From positions 6,448,001 to 6,512,000 of the forward strand of contig CM106586.1 of NCBI GenBank assembly GCA_048013815.1: a stretch of DNA of 64,000 nt. Direction: 5' to 3'. The DNA is from Setoptus koraiensis (taxonomy: Eukaryota > Animalia > Arthropoda). Positions 25,923-39,100 of this stretch are shown in pieces. A program made the translations under genes and the position numbers. How positions within the stretch are numbered: the first letter of the stretch is position 1; the number at the start of each line of letters is the position of its first letter. Below the pieces are notes generated by a model. The model had not been told where the DNA came from, ran no database searches, and saw only the letters and a program-made list of their open reading frames with translations.

Positions 25923-26570
25923 CTAGTCTGTGGGATCGGTATCCTCTAAATCGTTGGTATCATTAAATGCCTTGTATCCAAACAGTCCTCTTATGAGTAA
26001 CATTCCGAAGAAGTTAATGGGCAAAAAGGTGTGAAATTGAAGCCAAAATTCCAAGAATCCAATGAGTATACCGGCTACACAATCAAGCACATGATGTCTG
26101 CCCAACACAATTCGTGACATACTGACGCTGGTGGCCCAGACATTGGCAAAGAAACACAAAAATGGACTTGTGTGTCCAAAATAATGTGAAATAAAGCAGG
26201 CAACGTAAACAGATCTTGTGCAATGTCCTGACGGAAATGAGTGTTTGTCAACGCTGGCAACAATATATTGGTCTCGTTGATAGGCATAGTCTGGTCTGCG
26301 ACGACGAGCCAGAGCCTTGATAATGGCAACATAGAAGACGTCCATAATGAGTCCTATTAATAATTTTGGCAACATTGAGCTTTGTTGATTGTACACAAGC
26401 AATATAATATTGGCAGCTAACCATAATAGTCCGTGGCATGACCATTCCAGAGCCAATAGGATGGGTTTTGTTTGGGGCGAATACTTGTGACAACGTGAAA
26501 ATATAGCGTAAGATAAATGTTTGTCAAATTTCACCACGCTGGGCTGTATTAGGCCCTTGATGGCGTCCAT
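25923..26570 (-). CDS. PLPP6: PAP2-family lipid phosphate phosphatase, PLPP6/PPAPDC2 (polyisoprenoid diphosphate phosphatase)-like, 215 aa, intronless
   Basis: Intact catalytic motifs C1 KALARRRRP, C2 SFPSGH and C3 SRIVLGRHHVLD; N-terminal LEWSCHGLLW typical of the PLPP6/7 subfamily; TM segments. Confidence 0.82.
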   Translation of the reverse strand: MDAIKGLIQPSVVKFDKHLSYAIFSRCHKYSPQTKPILLALEWSCHGLLWLAANIILLVYNQQSSMLPKLLIGLIMDVFYVAIIKALARRRRPDYAYQRDQYIVASVDKHSFPSGHCTRSVYVACFISHYFGHTSPFLCFFANVWATSVSMSRIVLGRHHVLDCVAGILIGFLEFWLQFHTFLPINFFGMLLIRGLFGYKAFNDTNDLEDTDPTD

Positions 26571-28014
26571 GGTGTAGCGAAGCTTGTATGTCCTTTGTAT
26601 ATGATAAATTTACTGTTATGGTGTGAGTAGATATAAATGGTAACAATAATAACGATTGTGAGCCTCACAATCAGCTGTGATATATTTTTGTGTATTGAAT
26701 ATCTGTTATTTTAGTTTGTGATGAATGTTTTTTAGACGATACAACCACAATAATAACAACATGTGATGCATACGTAACGCAACAACACATCGATGACGAA
26801 TCCATAAGGTTACCATTGTGCGCGGCGCCCTCTCTCGCTGGTTGGGCGAGTTGCGTGTTCGCAGTGTGGACAGGGGCATGTGTGGGAGAAAGTGATTGTG
26901 CGTTGTTAACCAAAACAAACCAAACAAAGCGTCATGAGCGACACCTGTTTCTGGTGGCGAGCACTAAGAATGTAATCAAACGTGTGCTGCGCTGCAAGAA
27001 TATTGGGTGTTGCAGCATAATGGGTCCGGTGCGCCGATATTGTTGCGCCCAGCAGCGCGCAGTGCGGGCATGGCTGCTGGGCTGTCGCGTTTGGGCGTCC
27101 ACAGTGCGCATTTGGCGAGCGCGTTGGCACAAGTCGTGTGCGGGTGCGCCATTGCGCCATCGCGTCACGGTCTGGTCGTGACAGAGTGCGGGCGCACGCA
27201 GTAGCGTTGCCCGGGCGGCTTGGCAAGCGGCACACGCAACTCGGGGCGCGATCTGTGCCGCTTGGCGCGCAATTTTGCGAATAACTGTGGAATAATAATG
27301 CGGAATAATCCGGGCACCGCCGTCGCACGCACATCGCATTGCACTCTCACTCTTGCACTGTTTTTATTTTTTCTTTTTGGCTTTCGTGCGCGTCGTCGTG
27401 TGCAATGCGCGCTGTGTGCATAATGCATCGCCGCCGCCGCTGCTGTAAAGCTGCAACTGCATGGCTGCTGCTGCAGGCTGCAGCAGTGGTCGCAGCACTG
27501 GTGTAATTGGTGCAAGTGGTGCAAGCGGTGCAAGTGGTGCAGCGTGTCTGCGCGCACTCACAGCGAGAGGGTCGGGCCAAAAAGAACGCGCACAGAATAT
27601 ATCGAGCAGTTGCAGCAGCAGAGAATATCCACCAGCTCGCGAGAGTATTGTCAGTATTGTTGTCAGCCAGGCCGTGGATTGTGAGATATAAACATAACAC
27701 ACTATGTGCAGTAAATATATGGATTTATCCCCTGCCAGGCCAGCACCGTTGTTGATATTATTACGTAATTTTCTGCATCATATAAACATCGTGTGAGCAG
27801 CGACGGAGAGAGCGAGAGAGAGAGAGAGAGCGAGAGCAAACAAAAAGAATTATTGTTGTTGTTGTTGTTGTCGGTAACAACAATATGATTTTTACAAACG
27901 GCAGCAGTTTATTTGAAAAGACCGCTGAGTGAGTAAATACAGCACACATATACTACACATTCGCAAGTGGATATAACAGTGTGAGGACAAGTTGCGGCAG
28001 AACTCGAATATATC

Positions 28015-28092
28015 GCCAGCATCGCCACGAACCAGCGTCGCCACGAACCAGCATCGCCAAGAACCAGCATCGCCAAGAACCAGCATTAGCGT
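28015..28092 (+). repeat. 15-bp tandem repeat (CCAGCATCGCCAAGAA-like) in the probable tomosyn 5' region
   Basis: Four to five degenerate copies. Confidence 0.75.
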
Positions 28093-28591
28093 CGCCGAAA
28101 CATCCAGCCGACACCAGCGTGTTCAGACCAGCGAATAATCGAGACATTGCGACGGCGAATCATCGAATCATCGAAGCCGAGAGACGGCGAATCGTCGAAA
28201 ACGAGCGACAGCCAAATCGAGAAACCTCCGAATAGAGAGACGGCCCAATCGAGAGACGGCCCAATCAAGAAACGGACAAATAGAGAAACAGCGAATAAGC
28301 GAATAAGCGAAATTTCAAAGTTCTTCGAATTCACAGCCAGCGCAAAGAATCTGTCAACATTCAGAGTTCATTATTTATCACACAAGTGGCGCCCAGCGAA
28401 CAACAACAGTGCGTGCGTGTGTTGTGTTGTATAATAAAGTTACATAATAAAGTGTGGGCCGACAATCATTGGCCAGACCAGCAGCGACAGTGGGACCAAT
28501 CAAGAGTGGGACCGATCAAAATCCAGCGAGCCAGCAAGCAACGAAATCGAATTGAAATTAGCAGCACCACCACACGACAACAACAACAACC

Positions 28592-31242
28592 ATGAAGAAG
28601 GGCGGCTTTCTGCGTACCGTCTTCGACGGGCTCCGCTCGAACCAGCCCGGCGGCCAATCGGGCCAGGGCTACTCGTCGGGCTCGGGCCAAAATCGTAGCG
28701 TCATCGATCAGTATGAGGGCCTGCTAAAGTCAAACCATTTTGCCTTGTCCACAGTGGTTAGGCATGGCTTTCCCGCTCAACCCACTGCCATTGCCTTCGA
28801 TCCCGTTCAGCGCATTGTGGCCATAGGCACCAAATCTGGCCTATTGAGAATATTCGGTAGGCCATCTGTTGATGTTCACGGTCAACACAAGCCAGAATAT
28901 GCCGTTTTACATATTAAATTTGTTGTCAATCAAGGCGCTGTGATAACTGTTACTGCCGACGATAGTATACATTTGTGGAGCTTACGCGGGCCCAATTTAG
29001 TATTGCAACTATCAACAACATCCACCAATACGTCACCATTGCCACCATTGGCCGGCGTTGTGGGTTCCTCATCGAGTCAGCACCATCATCATCAGTCTAG
29101 TAGTAGTAGTGCCACAACGCCCGCTAATGATGCAACTTCGCAACAACAACAACAAACATCTAAATTGCCAGAGATATTGCATACGCTTAAATTTCAACGC
29201 GAACACATCACTTATGTTCATCTAACACTACAATCAAAATGGTTATACATTGGAACAGAACGAGGCAATGTGCACATTATGAACGTTGAAACATTTGAAT
29301 TGTCCGGATATGTCATCAATTGGAACAAGGCTATTGAATTGTCTAGAAAGACACATCCGGGCTCCATAAGGCACATTAGCGAATGTCCGCAGGACACCAA
29401 TAAGCTGCTCATTGGCTACGAAAGTGGCTACATTGTCTTGTGGGATCTTAAAACTAGAGCGGCCGAGGGACGTTACTATAATCTGGATCAGTTACATTGG
29501 CTGTGCTGGCATTACGAGGGCAAACAATTTATGGCCGCCCACGGAGACGGTTCTCTGGTCACTTGGAACATCAGATCCAACGCCCATCCGGCGCACAAAT
29601 CTCATCCGCACGCCAAGACCGCGGGCGCCCAATCGGGCAATCAATCTGGCGATGATGGCAGCGCTGGCGGACATCACCAGCAGCCGGCACAAATGGCCTC
29701 GTCGTTTCGTGCAATGCAAACAGAATTTTACGGGCCCATCAACAAGGTGGACTGGAAGACATCGAGAAACAACGAGCAAATAGTATTGTTCTCGGGCGGT
29801 TTACCCTACGACAATTATGCCAGCACCAGCCCCCCATCGGCCATGTCGGCCCAAACGCCGTCGCCCCAGCCCCCGGCAAGCCAATCGCAACAGCTTGCTG
29901 CGCCCACCTCTCTGGCCACTACAAGTCTGTCGCCCAGTAGTCCATCGCCGTCGCCCACATCCATGACGGACGCCAGATCTCCGGCGCGTACAAGTCAACA
30001 GCAGCAGCAGCCTCATGATAGAAACTCATCGACCTCATTAACAGTAATGTACGGGCGCTCATTAACCGTTTTAGAAATGGATGACACAATAGTAGACTTT
30101 ATAACAATATGCGACAATTCTCCCTATGAGAATGACGCCTCTGAACCATTTGCAGTGATAATTTTATTAGTTAACGATCTAATCCTCATAGATTTAAATA
30201 GTCCAGGTTATCCTAGTTTTCAATCGCCCAATCCTATTAACATAAACGCGTCGCCTGTTACAAGTATACACTATTTAGCTGATTGTCCATCAGATTTAAT
30301 ACCTTCCCTATATTCAACGTCAAATAATACTGTTATGACGGGCCAACAAAGAAATCGCAAAGGTTTTAGTGATAAAGAGTGGCCCATTGACGGCGGCGAA
30401 TGGGGTCAATCAATGCAAAGCTATCCAGAGCTAGTAATAACTGGCCACGCCGATGGCAGTGTTCAATTTTGGGATATGAGCTGCGTTAATTTTGATCCAA
30501 TATCTAAAATTAAAACTTCAAAATTGTTTGACAAACCAAACAGATTGCCCAGTGGACCAAATCTTGTAATTAGCGGTGGCGCCACAACATCAAGATCATC
30601 GCCTAGTCCGTTTGGTAACAAATCTCCCGTACAACAACTACCACCGTTATCATCTAGTTCACAGTCCAGTTTACAAATAGATGCAAATAGCTCAACAATG
30701 TTATCGCCACCAAACACTAGCAATACTACCACTACTACCGATAATGCTGCTAGCCAACAATCAACAACAACAACAACAAACAGTAACATCAACAACAATG
30801 AAGACTATTACGCAATTGAACAGATTGAGTTCTGTCCATCCACTAAGCATCTATTAGTAGCGGGTGCTTGCTCACAAGTAATACAATTTAAATTAAACAG
30901 AAAAGAGGTCCAATCTGAATTGACAACAGTGATAGTTGAGCCAACATCATCGTGGTCGTCGTCTTACAATTCCGACCACATGACCACCACAACGGGCTTT
31001 GGGGTGTCGTCATTGCTACCAAATCAACAGCAGCAACAACAACAACACAATCATAAGCAACACTTTATATTGAGGCCAAAAAGTGGACATCATCGTCGCT
31101 CGACAGGTTTTCAGCCAGAACTACTCTGTTTGAGCCCGTGGATTATATCCACAGCGGCGTGTGGCCCCGAGGGCCAATCATTGACCTACTGTCAGTCGCC
31201 CTATCGAGTGACCTCGTTGGCCCTGCACACGGGACACAACTT
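28592..31242 (+). CDS. STXBP5: Tomosyn coding exon 1 (2651 nt, most WD40 repeats)
   Basis: ORF 28592..31246; donor AAC TT|GTAAGT (phase 2). Confidence 0.95.
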
Positions 31243-33143
31243 GTAAGTTTTTAACCGACTCACTCTGATTTTATGTTGCAATCAACATGACGATTATATC
31301 TATCACTATCATTGAACTATCATTGAACTATCATTGAACTAACTATCGTTGATCTGCTTCGAAATTGTTGTCGATTATCAGGCTCGCCTATTCGCATGAT
31401 AACGGTATAGTGATAGTGGACATCATCCAAAAGTGCGTCGTTATCAATGCCAGCACTAGCGAGTTGCACGGCCCCAATCACCACATTGGCCAACGTGATA
31501 TAATTCAATCGAGCGGGCCTAAATCCTCTACTAGTGGTGGTCAGTCGATACTGGGCAAGTCGCCCAAGAGAATGAGCAGTACATCGTCGTCCGCGGCTAC
31601 TATCCAAGCGACAGATTCAAGCAATATTGTCAACAGCAGCTCTAGTCAGGACAATCACAATCAAATGGATTTATTTGGCCAACAACAACGAAAATCACCT
31701 CCATTCGAACAGGTAAGTGATAACATGCGATGCAATGATATTTTGCTCACGCTACTCCGCTCAGCTGCCTCGCTTAATACCACCACGCAAAATACGCAAG
31801 CAACAAAAATATCAGAAAGAATGTGAATGAAAAAAAAATATATATATATTTATTATTGTCGACACACATTCATTCAAATACCGATGATGGCATCATCAGA
31901 TCAATTGATAGTGATGGATCAGTTGATCGTTTAATCTGCACGACAAATCGACAAAAAGAAAATTGCTACAACAACGCCCCGTCACCCTACCGTAACCCCA
32001 TATCCTGCCCACAAAGGGTGCCTTGTCCCCGAAAACCCACAACAATCTTGCGCTTAACACGCAACAATCCTTTTAGCTGGCCAGTTGGTCTGTGAAAAAC
32101 TAGTCCAGCTGAGATACGATTTTCAATGGCACTGGCCATTGTTTAATGGGTGATTTCTCAATCTAGGCGCTTTTCGATCATGTCACAACACTCTATCTAG
32201 CTACATTGTTTATCCGGCCGACATAGATACTGACAATGATATCGAGGGCCGAATCACGTGTTATCAAGTAGCACGCTTTCGAACAATAAACTCAACAGCA
32301 GAGTATGACCATAGTTAATCCACCTATATCCTGACACTGCTACTATTTTCTGAATTCTCGCTTGTGCCAAAACGCCAAAAAGACAGAAAGTATCGTTGTA
32401 ATGGGTATGGCAGCGACATTTGCATATCAATGTGGCCATACGCGCCTATTCATGAGCAGTCATCTTGGATTTTTCTTATTTGTTTTGACACTGAACTGCA
32501 CTGGTGGGGCCTCTTTTTTACATCCTGATTGTGACCTGTGATCCACCATAATAGTAACAATAATAACAATAATGATAGCAGTAAAATTGTCGCCTGCGAG
32601 CAGCGCCCAACACTCGGGCCCCAAAATTGACCGCATCAGTTATTTAACACACACAATTGTATGATCAATGGGTATTCATTATGGCTCGCCGAGTGAAATG
32701 TCACCTTGGCACACACACTGGCACTGGCACTGGCACGATCGCGGTTCCGTGAGGTCGGATATTTGCGTCGGTGCGCGATAATTTCGTCGGGCGAGACACC
32801 TTTGCCCAGTGTGTGTTGTTGCGCAATATAGGTAAAGTAATCATTTCTCGGCGGCAAAGAAATGGATAAATGCACATATAAGAAGAGTGTGGTGCGGATA
32901 TTTATAGGGAGAGCGAGTGTGCTTAGCAGCGAGTGTGTTACGCAAGCCAAGGGCAGCGTGCTATAAAGTAGAGTGGCGCCAACAACGGCGCCAACAGCAA
33001 CAACAGCGCCAACAACAGCAACAACAACAGCAACAACACAACATATCGGATCGGAAAAGAAAGAGACACACACAAATATAATATCTAGAGCGTGATATCA
33101 GTCAGTTTGACCCAATTCACGTTCGCTCACCACCAACAGCAGC

Positions 33144-33198
<55 letters not shown>

Positions 33199-36100
33199 TT
33201 TATTTATTAACCAATACACAATACAATACAATATATCCTCTGGCCCGCTGGTACACACAGTGCGTACACGTATTGTGGGGCGCTCGCGATATCCCCAGCT
33301 CGGGCCAATATCGATAGTGTGCGCGCAGCGTTGATGACACTGATCGCAAATAGTAATCACCAGTCTATCTTGCCAAGCGGAGCCTCGCCGCGCCGCGCAA
33401 AGCTGCGCCAAACCGAGCCGCGCCAATCCAAGCCGAGCCGAGCCGATTCGAGCCTAGCCGATTCGAGCCGAGCCAAGCCGATTCGAGCCAAGTCGAGCCC
33501 GGCCAGCGCAGTTTAAGAGGCCGTAATTTCTGCACGCTTCGTAGAACTCGGCTGCCCTTTGCGCTGCCATGGCTGCCAATGCCGCCACAAGTGTATAACG
33601 GGACTTTTCAAGAATTGTCGCCCGGTTGTTGGGCGCCCGTCAGGCCCGCTGCGCCCACACATTGGCCCCAACAATTGGCGCACAATTCCGGCAGCTCTCA
33701 CTCGCTGTTTGTCGGCGCAACGATTCGCTGCACCAGATAAGGCAATGAGCAAGGCAATGAGCAAGGCAATGAGAGCGAGGGAGAGAGAGAGAGAGAAATC
33801 TGGAATGCGTTCCTCGGGGGCCCCAGACAGCGGGGGCATAAAGTATAAAATATTTCCTCGTTGTTGTTGTTGTTGGCCGGTTATTATTATTATTGCTGCC
33901 GCTGCCGCTGCTGCTGCTGCTGTATACATGACGAAACAACATGATGAGTGACATGTGTATAATATTATATTATATTTGTTTATCAAATGTCACACACACA
34001 CACACACACTAGGGCGAGTTTCATAGACTGCATTACATAACTGACTGCACCAATTGCAGTTATTCGTTTGGCAATGCGCGGACAAGTCGATGCACTTGTG
34101 CCCGCCAGTGTTGCCTTTAAACTCATCTGTGTATTTGAGTGTGTGTACCAACAACTCAAATTACATAACGATTTGTGTGTTTCATTGTGTGTGTGTGTGT
34201 GTTTGTGTCCGCAGAGAGTGTGATGGATTTAATGCCAACTACTTGTGTGTGCTGGCCAAACAACAAATCCACCGACCAACCGATTTGGGTGACGCCGGTT
34301 TAGCTTATTCACGTTTATTTGCCCACTTCCAGCGACCGCGACAGCACCGCCTGCATCAACAACGACAACAATGACAACAACGACGACAGCAACAGCGACA
34401 ACAACAACGACAGCAACAGCGACAACGACAACGACAACAACAACGACAACGACAACGACGACAACAACGACAACAACAACGACGACAAAGGCAACGTGAT
34501 GAACACGGCCAGCGCGAGCCATCACGACTCATTGGGTTCCGCTGTCGGTGGCGGCCGTTGTTGTTGTTGTCGCTGGTGCAATTTGACACTTGGTGCGCAA
34601 TTTCCGAGAACAATCCAATAGAGCGCACACACCAGAAGCCCATATATATCGCATTTCTATTGTGATGGCAGCATCAACATTCATCATATTTGCTTTAGTT
34701 ATTGTCACACTCACATACAATCTTTATTCTTTTTAGTTTTCACGTTGTGTCTATGCACCAATGGAGGCACTTGCACTTGCACTTGCACACCAACAGCAGT
34801 TAGCATGCAAACAAATATCAAATCATTTAGTTTTTCAAACTCTTATCTTTTACCTTTTTGTTGATATATCCTCTCATATGCTCACATGCCCATGCCGCAC
34901 GCCGCCCGTTAACCTGCCACCAATGCCACCACTGCCACTTGCCCGCTGGCCTCACCTGTCCAACTGCCACCAACAAACGAACCCTCGCCACCCACTTTCG
35001 TGTGTGTGTGTGTGTGTTTTCAATTGTTGTTGACGTCATTGTTGGATGGTGGACACAAATATTCGCGCACGATTATGCACATATCCGCCCTTCGAACCCG
35101 ATCACCTGGCATGCACACTCTCTCGCACCGTAATGAACGAACGAACGAACGAACCAATGAAACGAACGAACGATCCAATGAAACGAACCAACGATCGGGC
35201 CCCAAACAACCAACGATCCAACGAAACGAACCAACCCACTATTACACTCGCCCGCTCGCCACTGCTAACGGCTAACGGCTGTCGCCTGTCGTCGACGCAA
35301 CACGAAAAACTATCTGACATCACGAACGCGCACCATTAACCTAGAGAAATATTGACGCGATTAAAGAGGAGGAGATGCCGCGATCGCCAGCCAGCGGCTC
35401 GTCGTCCCACAACCAGCCAAACGATCACTTGGCGGTCGTACAACAGAAAGCGGCGGCGCCGGCGGCGGGACTGCCGCCGGAACCCGTCGCGCCCACCGCG
35501 GAGGCGCCGCCCGTTTCGGAGGGCCCCATTGCGCCGCCAAGACACAAGAGACGCTCAGTGCAGATCGATGAGCTGCCGCAGCAGCAGCAGCACGCTGACC
35601 AACAAGCGCGGCATCAATTAGATCAATTGGATTTGCTGCGCCAGCACAACAGCGCTGCCGACGCCGACACCGGCAACGCCGACGCCGACGACGTGGGCCC
35701 CGATTCGCAGCGGCCCGATTCCGCCGCGTCTAATTTGAGCCAGGCTGCAACAGCCAGCGTGAGGCACAAAACTGCCGCCAGCAGTAATTATCCGCCCGTG
35801 TGTTCTCAATCTGGCAAGCTGGACCAGCTGCTAGAAGAGCAGCCGTTGTCTAGCGAAATATTGATTGAAAAAAACCAAGAGCAGCAGCAGCTCAGGTGTC
35901 TAGGTTCCTATGACAACAGCGACGCGGACGGGTCCCCTTTTCGGGAGCCTATTAGCAGTGTCGGCGGCGGCGGCAATGGAGGCGCCGCAGCGAAACAAGT
36001 GCCAATAAATGCCCCAGCCGGTGCCGCTAATAAAGACAGAGGAGGGCGCCGCGCGGACACGCCAGATAAAGTAACGCACCTGCCCCCCAACCAGCAGCAA

Positions 36101-39100
36101 CAGCAGCAGCAGCAACAACAGCAACAACTGCAGCAACAAGACACAACAAACAAGCGGATAAAAGAGGAGCCTATAAAGATGACTCGTTGCCATTCTCTGC
36201 AGGGCCAATCAATGAGCAGCGCCAATGCCGGTGCCGGCAACAGTGGCAAGCTGGGCGCCGCCAGAGTGGCCAGCATTGATTCTTGCGTTAAGAGGCCCGT
36301 AAGCGGCCCCAATGACGACACTGCAAAGAACTGGCAACAGCAGCGACAAGAAAAAGAGGGAGCCCGAGCTGTTGTGTCACAAGCAGTAGCGGAGCCGCCG
36401 GCTTCCGGCTGTCAGGGCCAGCGCCAAGGATTGCCACAGCCCACCATTATGGGAAATATCTACACCATGTTCTTGAGTAAATTCTTTGGTGAGTTTTTGT
36501 TTTTTTTTTCAAAAATATCGGCCCAACTGCTATTTATCTGCTTGAATTTAACAAACAATTGTTGTTTGTTAAACGTTCAGGCAGGCAATTTATATATGAG
36601 GCCGCACTCAAGTTGCCACTGGCACACTTGCCAGCTCACAATTGGGCCTCAAAGAGTGAGCCGATTGCGTTCGGTTTCGCCAGCGCGGCGGCCACCTATG
36701 CGTGCCAGCGCGAGTTACAACATTGAAGAGAGCGACGGAACACGACTTAGACTTGCATACATTCGGACACGAGTATGAACAAGGCAAAATGATGATAGTT
36801 GCATCTTTGTGTATCTCTTTGTAGTATTTCTGATGCTGGCCGGATAGGTGCCGCCACTACACATGCCAGAGGCCGCGCAATAATAATAATGGCGCCAAAT
36901 TATAGCCTGCGCTCGTGTCTCGCGTCGACTCGCTATCTGGCCCTCTGGTGATTAATCAGTCACTTGCACTAATTAATGATGCAGCAGCCAAAACTGCCAG
37001 CCAGCCAGCCAGCCAGCCAATCTTGGCAGTACATTTATACAACTGCAATGTTTATAACTGTTGTGCTTATAACTATCGTGCTGCTGCCATAGCTTTTGTG
37101 CGCGTCGTCGTGTTGTTTATGGCCAGCTTGGCATTGTTGTGTAATCTGGCAAGCTTGTCAGACATACGTTACGTACAATGGCGTTGCCAGAGAATGTCGG
37201 CCTAGTGCCAGCGAGCGAGCGAGAGAGAGAGATTTTGATCAAAATAATGTCGAATGGACAACAACTGACAACAGAGATAGGGCGCTGCTCGTGCCACTGA
37301 TCTAGTTACGATTGCGCATGGCCGGCCAACGAGCCAGCTAGCCGAGTTAATCGTTGTTACGCAATCAATCATTGACTCATTCGGCTTCTCACAAAAAGCG
37401 GGGCGCGCACTCTTACGCAACAACTTACGATGGATTAGATTTTTGCTCGTCTTCGTCGTCGTCGTCGCGCTGGTTGTGGCGCTAGTTGTCGTGCTGGTTG
37501 TCGTGCTGGTTGTCGCGCGGGAACGTCATCATGCGCGCCGTGAGAGTAAGCGCACGGTCGCAAGCAATTTGAATTGTTGCCGCTGCTGTCGCCCCAGACG
37601 TCGCCAGTGTCTTGCCAGAGCCAGTGTCTTGCCAGAGCCAGTGTCTAGCCAGCAAAACAATGCGCGCGAGGGGCCCCCGTTTGTCTGGTCGCAGTCGATT
37701 CGTCGGGGCACAAGCGCAGCGCCGACACAGTGCAGTGTGCGCTGTAAGAAGCCCCACAAAGCATCCAATTATAACGGCATCGTCTCCCGAGCAAAGCCAC
37801 CTTCCCCCGGCGATTGGCCCCGCCAGTTGGCCGATTGGGGCCCCTTGCGCCCTTCGCGCCTCTTGCGCGATCCGCGCCTAGCCCACATCGAGACACGGCC
37901 GGCCCACATCGAGATACGGCCGGCCCCCGCGACGCACGCGACGGCCACTAGCCACTAGCCGCGGTCACAAGCCGCGGCCCGGCGCTTAGGTGACCGGCGC
38001 CGGCCAGATAAGGCCCCTTTTTGGGCCCTTGTTGTCGTTGCTTGTCGCCGTCGTCGCCGTTGTCGCCGTTGCGGGCCCATTATGCGCCCTTATATCAGAT
38101 ATATATTATATTACTATACACACAAACAACTGGTATATCTGATATAAACACATACACATCGGCGACACGAAGCAAGTATCAACTTTCAAGGAGGCCAGCG
38201 CTGATCTACATGCGAGATTGCGCCAATGGATGGGCCCCCACTGACTGACAAAATATCTTTATTAGCAGCGAGGCGCGCCCGTGTGTGTTTACCAACTTAA
38301 TAACAGGCACGTTGTCAACATTGAGTCGCCCCATTCATTGTTTTATCTTGTTTGGGGGGGGGGGCCAGTGCGCGGCGCTATCTCTGGGCGAGATCTCGCT
38401 CGCTCGCTTGCCCGCTCGCTCGTTGTGTCACGCGCAACAATGCACACTGTGTGGACACTCTAGATACCAAACATATATACAAATGTTATGTAATGTGTGC
38501 GTGTGTATTTGTGCACAAACAAACACACACCCTCGAACAACCCGTACCCGTCGCGCTGCGCCCGCTGGACCCCGGCACCCGTTACGATGCAACCGTTATG
38601 ATGCAACCGTTATGGTGCAACCGTTATGGTGCAACCGTGACGGAATAATGTAACGGAGCGCGCATGCAAACACGTACCACTAATGAATAGTCGCCGCCGC
38701 CGCTGCTGCCGCCAACCCAATGAATAGGGCACCAGCCAACTGTTTACAATCGTGCAGCTACAACAACGGCAAGGTGTTTGTTTGGGTATTTGAGTTGTTG
38801 TCTTGCCGTTGTTGTTGCCGTTGTTGTTGCCGTTGTTGTTGCCGTTGTTGTTGCCGTTGTCGTAGCTGTTGTTGTTGTCGTTGTTGTTGCTGTTGTTGTT
38901 GCTGTTGTTGTTTGCCGTTCAGCTGGCGCTGTTTCCGACACGAGCGATTATAATAGTTTGTTTATAGGTGCCAGCTCGCTGGCCAGCAATGTTTAATTAA
39001 GGCAACGGTTGCGCAACTGCTGTCGCACACATGAATCAATGATTAGCTACTTGTTCAAGTGGTTATTGTTGTTACACTGTATATATTGTTTGTATTAAAA

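Noticed and set aside
34333-34374. Strong-looking acceptor (ttgcccacttccAG) that would add a poison exon after tomosyn exon 2
   Set aside because: Stops after 13 codons and has no clear donor; a single AG motif is not enough evidence.
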